From Marinicella sp. (GTDB lineage: Bacteria; Pseudomonadota; Gammaproteobacteria; Xanthomonadales; Marinicellaceae): DNA of 64,000 nucleotides. The translations under genes were made by a program, and so were the position numbers. The stretch spans positions 2,112,001 through 2,176,000 of the forward strand of contig OZ246001.1 of assembly GCA_965230295.1 (NCBI GenBank), written 5' to 3'. The number at the start of each line of letters is the position of its first letter. Positions within the stretch are counted from its first letter, which is position 1. A model generated the notes under the pieces. It worked only from the letters and a program-made list of their open reading frames with translations, had not been told where the DNA came from and did no database searches. Below are positions 39,826 through 48,963 of this stretch, piece by piece.

Positions 39826-40419
39826 TTGTGTTTATCAACCACAGAAAACCCACAAAGTGTCTTGAATGTTGATTTTTTGGGTGGGGCATTGTCTTACCGA
39901 AGTCAACAACACTTGGGAGGAGAAAACTTGATCAAAGCCTGTCGAATCAAGGGCCGAGAGCACATCAAGATTCTGGATGGAACCTGTGGATTAGGTACCG
40001 ACAGCTTCTTATTACAGCAGGCGGGGTTTGTGGTGACTGCCACTGAACATAATCCAATCATTCAAGCATTATTGGCCGATGGCATCCAGCGTTTCCAACA
40101 ACAAAGAGGCCCCTGTTTTGAGCTGTTGTTTCAAGACGCAAAACAATTGATGGCTGAAAAAGCATTCGAGGTCATATACCTGGATCCCATGTTTCCAGCC
40201 AAAACCAAATCGGCCAAAACCAAAAAAACCATGCAGCTGTTTCAAGCCATTCATCAGGAGGCCACTGATCAGGCAACCATGCTGTTGGATCAAGCTTTAA
40301 AAAGCCAATGTAGCCGGGTTGTGATCAAAAGGCCCAGTAAATCTCCATTGTTGACTCACTACAAACCGACCTTCCAAGTCAGTGGCAAAACTTGTCGGTT
40401 TGATGTTTATCAGATTTAG
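39826..40419 (+). CDS. rsmJ: 16S rRNA m2G1516 methyltransferase RsmJ-like (true start probably further upstream)
   Basis: VDF..G, ILDGTCGLG.DS, VIYLDPMFP, RVVIKRP, RFDVY. Confidence 0.85.
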   Translation: MCLSTTENPQSVLNVDFLGGALSYRSQQHLGGENLIKACRIKGREHIKILDGTCGLGTDSFLLQQAGFVVTATEHNPIIQALLADGIQRFQQQRGPCFELLFQDAKQLMAEKAFEVIYLDPMFPAKTKSAKTKKTMQLFQAIHQEATDQATMLLDQALKSQCSRVVIKRPSKSPLLTHYKPTFQVSGKTCRFDVYQI

Positions 40420-40567
40420 GCATGAGCCTTATGGGCGAAAATAACGCCCAATAGCATAAAAATATACAAAAAATGTTAATTTTGGCACGAAATTTTACAT
40501 TTTTATATGCTCACTTCTTTGAACATTTTATATAATAAATGAGTGTAATTAAAAAAGTGTGTATAAA

Positions 40568-41119
40568 ATGAAAAAAACCAGCAATAGCAAGTCCGCTATG
40601 AGCGGATCCGTTTCTTCGGTCGCCAAAATTATGGCGAAAGCCACCTTACAAAATGACTTTCCATACAAAGAATTTATGGAATTTTACAAAATGCATATGG
40701 TGAGGTTGGCCAAGCAAGAAAAGAAAAAATCAACTGTGGTCGAGATTTCAGCCCGTACCGGTATTGATCGCCGATTCATAGCGCCGTACATCAACAGTGA
40801 TGAAATCACCATCAAACCATCAAAAGTAGCCAAGGTATATGCCGATGTGTTGGCATTCTGTGAGAAAAACGACACCAAAAAGATTTTAAAGAATGATGAC
40901 AAAAAGTCTTTTGAAGTGCTGTGTCAAAAACACGCCAATGGCAGCTTAACACCCAAAGCGATTTACACTGAATTGTGGCGCTTAGGTTTGATGAAAGATG
41001 TGGGAACTCATTATAAGTTGAAGAAAGCATCGACCTCAGAGAAGAAAATAGCCAAAGCCACCAAGCGCATGAAAGCCTTGAGTGAAGACATTGAAAAGGC
41101 AGCCAAGGATCACCTATAA
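40568..41119 (+). CDS. Basic hypothetical protein, DUF6502-like
   Basis: Lys-rich; EISARTGIDRR and SFE.L......P..I..EL..LG patterns. Confidence 0.6.
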   Translation: MKKTSNSKSAMSGSVSSVAKIMAKATLQNDFPYKEFMEFYKMHMVRLAKQEKKKSTVVEISARTGIDRRFIAPYINSDEITIKPSKVAKVYADVLAFCEKNDTKKILKNDDKKSFEVLCQKHANGSLTPKAIYTELWRLGLMKDVGTHYKLKKASTSEKKIAKATKRMKALSEDIEKAAKDHL

Positions 41120-41132
41120 ATACCTGAACCAT

Positions 41133-41156
41133 TGAATGGTCCAAACGGACCATTCA
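41133..41156. terminator. Hairpin between convergent genes
   Basis: TGAATGGTCC-AAAC-GGACCATTCA, 10-bp stem without a clear U-tract. Confidence 0.5.
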
Positions 41157-41179
41157 TTGAGTGTTAACAGGCCCTGGGG

Positions 41180-42658
41180 TTACTTTGACATATAACGACT
41201 GAGGTGTCGGTCCATCTTGTTGTCTATAAAACCGCTTACATGAGTTTTCACCAGATGCCTGGAAACATAATGGTACAGTGGTATGACAGGAGTATTCAAA
41301 GCGATGATGTGTTCGGCCTTGTTGATTAACAGGGCCCTTTCAGATTGATCATGGCTCTGTCGCAACTGAGATAAGGTCTGATCGTATTCTGCGTCAACAA
41401 ATGCGTAGAAGTTAAAGTGAGATTGGCTGTGGAACAGTTCCAGGAAGTTCAAAGGGTCATGATAATCAGCTATCCAACCAGAACGGAAAACTTGTTTTTT
41501 CTGTCCCTTCCTGGTGTTAACAAACACTTTCCATTCTTGATTTCTTAACTGACTTCGGATGCCTAAATTCTGTCGCCACATGGCAGCCACTGCTAAGGCC
41601 ACTTTCTTTTGGTTATCGCTGTTGTTGTATAAAATTTCCAAACGATCGGTGGCCACGTTAAAAGCACTTTCTTGTAACAGTGATTGGGCAGCAGCGGGAT
41701 CAAACCCAGTATCAGAAGATCGGGAATCAGCAGCAGGTGGAATGATTTGGTTGGCAGGTACTTGTCCGGTTTTTAAAACTTTATCTACCAAAATACGGCG
41801 GTCAATGGCCTTACTGAGGGCCCTTCTCAGTTTTCCATCCCTGAGGTATTTGTTGTTTAAGTTCAAGCCCAAGAAAAAAGTTCCATAATAAGGAGAGATG
41901 CGTAATTCTTTGGCCAGGTGCTTCTGGAGCCATGTGATTTTGTTGTCAGGGATGGTTTCAGTGATGTCCAGTTCACCTGCGCGAAACTTCAACAATTCAC
42001 TGTTCTGATTTTCTGTGACCCAATAATTAACACCTTCAAGCAAAACCTCAGAGCTGGTATGAAAGTAAGGATTTTTAGCGAGTATAATGCGTTCTTGAAT
42101 GTCCCATTTTTGCAGATAAAAAGCGCCGTTGCTGACCAATGGCTGATCACTGTGTGTGGGTGTGGGGTAAAAGATCGGTAACACCAATTTATCTAACAGG
42201 CCAGCATCAGGTTGATTCAATTGAATTTTGATGTGGTGATCGTTATCACTGCTGACATTCAAAGTTCCCTGATTGATCAAGTTGTCAAACAACTGTCTAT
42301 ATGGCGCTGCGGTGGCAGGTGCCACAGCAACATGCCATGCACTGATGAAATCATTGGCAACGACAGGTTTTCCATCACTCCATTTGGCCTGTGGTTTTAA
42401 TTGAAAATCCCAAAGGGTATAGTTTTCACTGACCTGATGATCCATCGCCACCCCGTAAACCGGTCGCCCATAGGCATCCAGGGTCATCAGGCCTTCATAC
42501 ATGTCAAACAATACATTATGACTGTTCAACCCTTGTGCTTGATGTATGTTGAGGGAATCTGGTTCTGCGCCGTTGCCTCGATTGAGGTACGGGCCTGTCA
42601 ACTGGGTGGCAGTAAGGATCTCACACCACAGCAAACAGATCAGGATCATTGATTTCAT
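41180..42658 (-). CDS. Oligopeptide ABC transporter substrate-binding protein (OppA-like)
   Basis: RGNGAEP.SL, YEGL, KWSDG.PV.A.DF, VSNG.F.L, NQEWK.F, GWIADY. Confidence 0.9.
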   Translation of the reverse strand: MKSMILICLLWCEILTATQLTGPYLNRGNGAEPDSLNIHQAQGLNSHNVLFDMYEGLMTLDAYGRPVYGVAMDHQVSENYTLWDFQLKPQAKWSDGKPVVANDFISAWHVAVAPATAAPYRQLFDNLINQGTLNVSSDNDHHIKIQLNQPDAGLLDKLVLPIFYPTPTHSDQPLVSNGAFYLQKWDIQERIILAKNPYFHTSSEVLLEGVNYWVTENQNSELLKFRAGELDITETIPDNKITWLQKHLAKELRISPYYGTFFLGLNLNNKYLRDGKLRRALSKAIDRRILVDKVLKTGQVPANQIIPPAADSRSSDTGFDPAAAQSLLQESAFNVATDRLEILYNNSDNQKKVALAVAAMWRQNLGIRSQLRNQEWKVFVNTRKGQKKQVFRSGWIADYHDPLNFLELFHSQSHFNFYAFVDAEYDQTLSQLRQSHDQSERALLINKAEHIIALNTPVIPLYHYVSRHLVKTHVSGFIDNKMDRHLSRYMSK

Positions 42659-42730
42659 GCCTAGATTTAAGCATAACTGCAGCATTGATAACAATGTTTT
42701 GAATTTATTTTCTGCTGGTAAGTGACACAG

Positions 42731-42846
42731 TGGAGAGCTGATGATCAGCTCGACCAGCGCAGGTCATGAGAATTTGACGGCTTACCGTGGTCTCGGTCTC
42801 TGTTCCCGACTCGACCCTAACACCGCTGTCCATAGCGGCGGCTTTC
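42731..42846. ncRNA. Structured small RNA candidate (from memory similar to proteobacterial sRNA sX9)
   Basis: GC-rich island in an AT-rich spacer; hairpins GAGCTGA-TGA-TCAGCTC, GACC/GGTC and CCGCTG-TCCA-TAGCGG; family and strand not verified. Confidence 0.5.
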
Positions 42847-42868
42847 ATTTTTGTTAAGAACATATAAT

Positions 42869-42892
42869 GAATGAAGACCCAAAAGCATTCCT
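42869..42892 (-). repeat. Solo left-end motif of the 1812/55563 element
   Basis: Reverse complement AGGAATGCTTTTGGGTCTTCATTC, 21/24 identical to 1814-1837. Confidence 0.7.
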
Positions 42893-42944
42893 TTTTTGGT
42901 AAGATTCATACACTGCCTACGGAACCAGTTTTGACACATTATTC

Positions 42945-44303
42945 ATGACCATGAAAAACCAGACACCGATCAACAACAAACAAGATCTCATTGACTACAT
43001 TGCTGCCGGATGTAAACCCAAAGCTGAATGGAAAGTGGGCACTGAACATGAGAAATTTGGTTTCCACCGTGGCAACCTGGAACCCTTACATTATGATGAG
43101 CCTGGCGGGATCAGAGATATATTGACAGGCTTGGCAGATCAATTCAACTGGCAACCAGAATATGAAGGAGATGATGTCATTGCCTTGAAACGTGATGGTT
43201 GTTCGATCACTTTGGAACCCGGCGGACAACTGGAATTGTCAGGGGCTCCTTTGGCGGATGTTCACCAAACCTGTAGTGAAACGGGGTTACATTTAAAAGA
43301 AGTCAAAGCGGTGGCCGAGCCTATGGGCAGCGCATTCTTAGGTATGGGTTTCCACCCTAAAGCCACCCGTGAAGACATTTCTTACATGCCCAAAGGGCGT
43401 TATAAAATCATGAGTGAATACATGCCCAAAGTAGGAAAATTGGGTTTGGATATGATGAAAAGGACGTGTACCATCCAAGCAAACTTGGATTTTTCGTCGG
43501 AAGCAGACATGGTGAAGAAATTCAGGGTGTCTCTGGCCTTACAGCCAATAGCCACGGCTTTGTTTGCCAATTCACCATTCACTGATGGACAAGGCAATGG
43601 TTTTGTCAGCTACCGTTCACACATTTGGACCGATACCGATGATGATCGATGTGGCATCATCCCATTCGTATTTGAACCGTCAATGAGCTTTGAACGTTAT
43701 GTAGACTACATGTTGGATGTACCCATGTACTTTGTTTACCGTGATGGCAGGTACATCAATGCTGCCGGTTTGTCATTCCGCGATTTTATGCGCGGTGAAT
43801 TGTCGGTGGTGCCTGGTGAATTACCGACCATCAAAGATTGGGAAGATCATTTAACCACCGCATTCCCGGAAGTCCGATTGAAGAAATTTCTTGAAATGCG
43901 CGGCGCTGATGGTGGACCATGGCGTCGAATATGTGCTTTACCAGCTTTGTGGATAGGGCTTTTGTATGATCAGCAACAGTTGGATATTGCCAGTGACTGG
44001 GTCAGTGATTGGACTTTGGAAGAACATGAACATTTACGCAGCAGTGTGCCTAAATTGGGTTTAAACACCCCATTCAGAGGACACACCGTGCGAGAGTTGG
44101 CCTTAAAAATGCTGTCCATGTCACGACTTGGTTTAGAGAAGCGTGCCATCCGTTCTAGTTGTGGTAAAGATGAAAGCATCTATTTAGAGCCACTACAAAT
44201 CATCGCTGACACTGATGTAACGCCTGCAGAGCGAAAACTGGGCAAATACCACGGGGTGTGGAACAAAGACATCGATGAATTATTTCGTGTTTATGCCTAC
44301 TGA
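42945..44303 (+). CDS. gshA: Glutamate--cysteine ligase (GCS2, plant/alphaproteobacterial type)
   Basis: [49 protein letters not shown]. Confidence 0.93.
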   Translation: MTMKNQTPINNKQDLIDYIAAGCKPKAEWKVGTEHEKFGFHRGNLEPLHYDEPGGIRDILTGLADQFNWQPEYEGDDVIALKRDGCSITLEPGGQLELSGAPLADVHQTCSETGLHLKEVKAVAEPMGSAFLGMGFHPKATREDISYMPKGRYKIMSEYMPKVGKLGLDMMKRTCTIQANLDFSSEADMVKKFRVSLALQPIATALFANSPFTDGQGNGFVSYRSHIWTDTDDDRCGIIPFVFEPSMSFERYVDYMLDVPMYFVYRDGRYINAAGLSFRDFMRGELSVVPGELPTIKDWEDHLTTAFPEVRLKKFLEMRGADGGPWRRICALPALWIGLLYDQQQLDIASDWVSDWTLEEHEHLRSSVPKLGLNTPFRGHTVRELALKMLSMSRLGLEKRAIRSSCGKDESIYLEPLQIIADTDVTPAERKLGKYHGVWNKDIDELFRVYAY

Positions 44304-44315
44304 TTGAATCAGTTC

Positions 44316-44349
44316 AAAAAAAAAGCCAGGCTAATGCCTGGCTTTTTTT
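44316..44349. terminator. Bidirectional Rho-independent terminator
   Basis: A9-GCCAGGC-TAAT-GCCTGGC-T7 between convergent genes. Confidence 0.92.
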
Positions 44350-44361
44350 AACTAATGGTCA

Positions 44362-47300
44362 TCAATGTTCCCGAAGGAGTGTCATGATCTTGATGTTGTT
44401 ACGAAGCCATCGACCGCCTTCAGCACCTTGGTAGGTCACATCAATTGAGTTGGTGCCGTCGGTATCTAAATCCCGAAACGTATTAGATAGATTCAATGTC
44501 ATGTTGCCAGATGGAATCGTGGTTCTGTCAATCATCGGCTGGGTTCGGCCATAACCAAACACATCATTCATAGGAACAACGATGTCTTGTTCTTTGGCAA
44601 ACCCACCGGTGGCGCCAGTCGACCAACGAGGGTTGCCGAGGGCATCGTAGTAAAACAGGAATGCAATGATCACATCACCGGTTTGGGCCAGCGAGTAACC
44701 CCATCCGTTGTCTTCTATCCCTGCCCACCAGGCAGTACCAAAATCTGGTTCAGGTCTGGATGGGTTGTCAATCAAAGGTTCAATACACCATTCTTGAGTG
44801 ATGTTGTCTATTTTGAATGTTGCCAAAGCAACAAAGTCCAATTGACGTGAGGTGCCATCTTGACAAGCAGCGTGGTTGCGAACATCTTCGCTGTTAAAAT
44901 CAATACTCAGTCGACCATCTGTTAGTGTTGGATCTGGTACCAATGGATCTACCTGGGTTGGATCTACGTTGTAATTGTAGTTAAAACGACCCAAAGATTG
45001 CGCATTAAAATCAGGATTCAACACCCCGTTTGAAAGTGGTGTGAGTGAGGCATACCATTCAGGGTCTCCAGAATCGTCATAGGTATAAAACAAGGTGTAG
45101 AACAATTCATTCGCACCAAAGGCCTCAATGATGAATCCATGGCCATCATGGGCTGGGTCATACCACAGGCCTTTGAGCGGAACTTTGCTGTTGTTGTCAC
45201 TGATACAAGCATCGCAACTGACCTCATCATTGGTGAAAACATGGGTGATGGCAATGTCATCCAGCCAAAACCCTTCTTGAGCTGCTGAACCATCAGAGAT
45301 CATGCGGAAACGAATTTTGGCTGTTTTTCCCACATAGTCAGTACCCAGATCAACCGAGGTTTCACGCCAGGTCAGTTGGGTACCCGACCAGGCAAACTGT
45401 GCTTGGGCGGTGTTGTTGGTGTATAACTGTCCATCATAAGGTACGGTACTCAAGTAGCCAATATCGAACCAATTGTCGGTTCCTTTGAGCCGCATTTCGA
45501 GTACCAAGCCATCCCAACGTTGAAAGCTGTCTCCTTCGGTGTCATAGGACATGGCAAAGCTCAAGACATTGCCACCACGGTCAAATGTTAACCAAGGAGT
45601 GACCAGAGACTTGTCTGAATAGGAACTTTCGTCAGTGGTAAACCAACTGCTGGAACCAGAATTGAAACTGTCAGAAGCCTGGATCCATCCATCAGCACCC
45701 AATGCCAATTCGGTTGTCATGCGTGAATCCACATCTTCAGCACCATCTGAAAATGTACCATTGTTTGTGGTCAGATTGGCAGCGGTTAACAGCGGTATTT
45801 CAGTGTTGTATTCTCCTGCGATAGAATTGATGGTTACAGGAATGCTGATATTGGCCAAACAGCTGGCCTGGCTACTTAAACGGGTATCCACAGCAATGGA
45901 TTGGGTTGAGAATCCAGTCAGGTTAACAATCTGACTGGCACTTGGAATGTCAATAAAATTGGGTTCGTTAAAAGTTAAAGTCACGTTGCCTAAATCTTTG
46001 GCTGAGTTGTTTTTCACTTGAATGATCAACTGACCCGCTTCACCACGATCCAAAACATTGTCCAAGTCGCAACTGGAATTCGTGCCGATGAATTTCACCA
46101 ATGAAAGTTCAACCGGGTTTCTACTTGCTATATAGGTACCACGGCCATGGGTGCCAACATATAAGTTGTCGTTGTTCCATACCAGATCTATCACACGGGT
46201 CAAAGCTGGGCCATAGTCAAACTGTGTCCATTCAAACGTGTTGCCAGTGCGTGTACCTACCCAAAGGCCCAACTCGCTGCCCAAATACAAAGTGTTGGCA
46301 TCAGCGGGATCATTGATCACTTGATACAGCGGTATTGCAGGCAGGTTATTGGAAATACTGTCCCATGAGCTACCACCATCAGTTGATCGTAAAATGCGGT
46401 TGGTTGCATAGTCACCAAAAGTGGCATAGATGGTGTTGCCTGAAGTGTCGAACAGATCAACTTTTATGTCAGTCACCACAGCAGTTGGTGTTCCTAAACT
46501 GGTGGCAGGTGCAACATCAGTCACTTGATTGCTGCTACCCAATCCAGTGATTTTAATGATTTGATTGGTGCCTGCTGTGTTCGAATTACTCATGCCAGCA
46601 TAAGCAATGGTGCTTTGGTGTGGGTCGAATGCCAAGGCTGAGATACCTGTGCCATTGATGTTACCTGATACATCACTCCAGGTGGCACTTCCTAAGGACC
46701 GTGCGTTGTTGGTATAAAAAACATTGTCAGTTCCAACCAGCATGCGGTTACCATCGTTTTCATCCAACACAAACGGCTGAATGAAACGGGCACCATCAGT
46801 GTCTGGCAGATCCATGTTCTCGGTGGAAAAACCCCCATTGTTAGAACCATACATGGCACCATTGACGAATGATCCATAAACAAAATTGTCTTGCTGCTGG
46901 TCCCAGGCACTGTAGCCGCCATCTCCACCACGCCATTCCAGCCAGGCTTGCTCGTCACCAAAAAACAGTTGCGATCCGTTGTCCTGGGTTCCGGAAGTAA
47001 CCCGTTGACCATCCGGGCTGACAGCTATGCCATAGCTTTGAGAGATATTCAGTCCGTTGTTTAAACTGAAAAAGGAATCACCGCCATCTTCAGATTTTGA
47101 CACACCGCCATCGCTGACCACATAAAAATGATTGCTGTTGAAAGGACTGAAAAAATAACCATGGTGATCGGCATGGATGTATTGCGCCACATTATCAGCC
47201 AAACTGCCTAATGTCCACAGTGAGGTTTTATTGATGGTTGTTCCACCATTGGTGGTGGCATATTGATCAACGGCACCCATGATGACATGGTCCGAATCGT

Positions 47301-48870
47301 TTGGATTCACAGCAATGGCCAAGTCATACCAGCCCTGTCGCTCAATGAAGTTGGTGTTAGATGCAGTTTTTTCAAAAAAAGTGTTGTTGGTGCCAATGGA
47401 GCGATATAAGCCGAGGGTACCATTGGTGGTGCCGTTATCAAATTCTTCTGTGGGTTTTGAAACGGCAATGTAGGTTTTGCCGTCAGAACCAAAAGCGATT
47501 TCCATGCGATCAACATCCAGGTCGGGTAAGCCATGGTTATCTAAAGTGACCCATAAATCACCACCATTGGTCGAACGCATGATGAAGCGATCTAAGTTGA
47601 TTTCTTCAGTACCTTGAATGGTGATGTTAACCGGTGGCACGTCGATTCTTAAGAAATCGCCCAGGACTTTAGAGATCATCACTGATGGAATGTTGATGGC
47701 CGGATCGTCACCACCCATGCTGAACGGGTCATCCGAAGAATTCTGGAACACCACTACAGCAATGGCTCCTGCATTCTGAGCATTGACTACCTTGACAGTG
47801 AAATTACATGAACCCCGCTCAATCAAGGCAATTTTACCAGTGATGTCATTGGTGATGGCTTCGCAGCCATCACTTGTGGGGTTGGTGCCATCATCGACCA
47901 GTAACAATTCACCGCTGATTCCAGCACCCGGGATACTGGGACCAAATTGAGCCGGAATTGAGGCATAAGTTCCGGAGACTGTTGACGGTGGAGAAACATT
48001 GAAGTTGAAAGATACGCTGTTGGCTTCACCATAATAATAAGCCAACATGTGATTGGGGTCGGTCGGGTCAATTTTTAAATCAGTGAATCCACGGTCATTG
48101 TCATCCACATCCACACCAGACACCTCATTCCATAGTTCTCCGCCATCATTGCTTTTGAATAGGCCTTTACTGGTGGCAGCTAAAATCACATTGCTGTTGG
48201 GTATTTTTGCCAGGCGATTAACGAAATCAAAGTTGGTTTGGTTGGTGGAGCCAAAACGATCCCAGGTTTCACCAAAATCTTCCGTGACAAATATGCCATT
48301 CCCCTGGGCAGCATCAAAGTTAAAAAAACCTTCACCGGTGCCGACATAGACAACCTCTGGGTTGTCTGGGTCAATCAGCATGCTACCGATGGCGATGCTG
48401 GCCAAAAAGTCAGTTTTAGGCTGCCAGGTTTTACCATCATCTGTTGATTTCCAAACACCGCCTGATACACCACCAGCCAGCAAATGTCCTTCACGCTCCG
48501 GGTGCATCACAAAACCCCTGATGCGACCACCAAAAATGCCTGGACCAATTTCATCAAATTGTAAAGCCGGTAAATCTTGATTGGCACGCACTGCCTTGTT
48601 GGCTTTGGCTTTTTCCAATTCATTCAAATAAGATAAATTCAATTGGGCAGGGGATGTGCCTTTAGGTGCCCGACGCATGGATGCCAACCATTCGGCGGCT
48701 TTGTCTGGCTGGTCATATTTTTTGGGTGTTTTAGCGCCTTTTTGAATGTTTTTACTGATGATGGTTTGTTGGTGTAAAGCATCAGTGGTAAGGGGTTGAA
48801 TGTATTTTTGGTTCAGAACCACGATGGCTATGAAAACCAACATCACGATCAAAGATTTGATGAGTTGCAT
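44362..48870 (-). CDS. Large secreted BNR/VPS10-like beta-propeller protein with inserted PA domain
   Basis: Asp-box repeats (STDDG.TW, SNDGG.LW, STDGG.SW), PA motif GKIALIERGSCNF..KV.NAQ.AGA.AV, GTHGRG, tandem C-terminal W..GF...FY.YD..G.P.W domains. Confidence 0.88.
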   Translation of the reverse strand: MQLIKSLIVMLVFIAIVVLNQKYIQPLTTDALHQQTIISKNIQKGAKTPKKYDQPDKAAEWLASMRRAPKGTSPAQLNLSYLNELEKAKANKAVRANQDLPALQFDEIGPGIFGGRIRGFVMHPEREGHLLAGGVSGGVWKSTDDGKTWQPKTDFLASIAIGSMLIDPDNPEVVYVGTGEGFFNFDAAQGNGIFVTEDFGETWDRFGSTNQTNFDFVNRLAKIPNSNVILAATSKGLFKSNDGGELWNEVSGVDVDDNDRGFTDLKIDPTDPNHMLAYYYGEANSVSFNFNVSPPSTVSGTYASIPAQFGPSIPGAGISGELLLVDDGTNPTSDGCEAITNDITGKIALIERGSCNFTVKVVNAQNAGAIAVVVFQNSSDDPFSMGGDDPAINIPSVMISKVLGDFLRIDVPPVNITIQGTEEINLDRFIMRSTNGGDLWVTLDNHGLPDLDVDRMEIAFGSDGKTYIAVSKPTEEFDNGTTNGTLGLYRSIGTNNTFFEKTASNTNFIERQGWYDLAIAVNPNDSDHVIMGAVDQYATTNGGTTINKTSLWTLGSLADNVAQYIHADHHGYFFSPFNSNHFYVVSDGGVSKSEDGGDSFFSLNNGLNISQSYGIAVSPDGQRVTSGTQDNGSQLFFGDEQAWLEWRGGDGGYSAWDQQQDNFVYGSFVNGAMYGSNNGGFSTENMDLPDTDGARFIQPFVLDENDGNRMLVGTDNVFYTNNARSLGSATWSDVSGNINGTGISALAFDPHQSTIAYAGMSNSNTAGTNQIIKITGLGSSNQVTDVAPATSLGTPTAVVTDIKVDLFDTSGNTIYATFGDYATNRILRSTDGGSSWDSISNNLPAIPLYQVINDPADANTLYLGSELGLWVGTRTGNTFEWTQFDYGPALTRVIDLVWNNDNLYVGTHGRGTYIASRNPVELSLVKFIGTNSSCDLDNVLDRGEAGQLIIQVKNNSAKDLGNVTLTFNEPNFIDIPSASQIVNLTGFSTQSIAVDTRLSSQASCLANISIPVTINSIAGEYNTEIPLLTAANLTTNNGTFSDGAEDVDSRMTTELALGADGWIQASDSFNSGSSSWFTTDESSYSDKSLVTPWLTFDRGGNVLSFAMSYDTEGDSFQRWDGLVLEMRLKGTDNWFDIGYLSTVPYDGQLYTNNTAQAQFAWSGTQLTWRETSVDLGTDYVGKTAKIRFRMISDGSAAQEGFWLDDIAITHVFTNDEVSCDACISDNNSKVPLKGLWYDPAHDGHGFIIEAFGANELFYTLFYTYDDSGDPEWYASLTPLSNGVLNPDFNAQSLGRFNYNYNVDPTQVDPLVPDPTLTDGRLSIDFNSEDVRNHAACQDGTSRQLDFVALATFKIDNITQEWCIEPLIDNPSRPEPDFGTAWWAGIEDNGWGYSLAQTGDVIIAFLFYYDALGNPRWSTGATGGFAKEQDIVVPMNDVFGYGRTQPMIDRTTIPSGNMTLNLSNTFRDLDTDGTNSIDVTYQGAEGGRWLRNNIKIMTLLREH

Positions 48871-48906
48871 GATTAATTGATGATTTGGAAAGCTAAAAAT
48901 TTTAGC

Positions 48907-48943
48907 AAAAAAAAAGCGGCTTGGATATGAATCAAGCCGCTTT
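48907..48943 (-). terminator. Rho-independent terminator of nhaB
   Basis: GCGGCTTG/CAAGCCGC stem with A9 on the + strand. Confidence 0.85.
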
Positions 48944-48963
48944 AGCTACGAAAGTAACAGTCT

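Noticed and set aside
42731-42846. 6S RNA, SRP RNA, tRNA-Sec or glycine riboswitch identity
   Set aside because: Lacks their diagnostic motifs, and the length does not fit 6S; kept only as an unassigned sRNA candidate.
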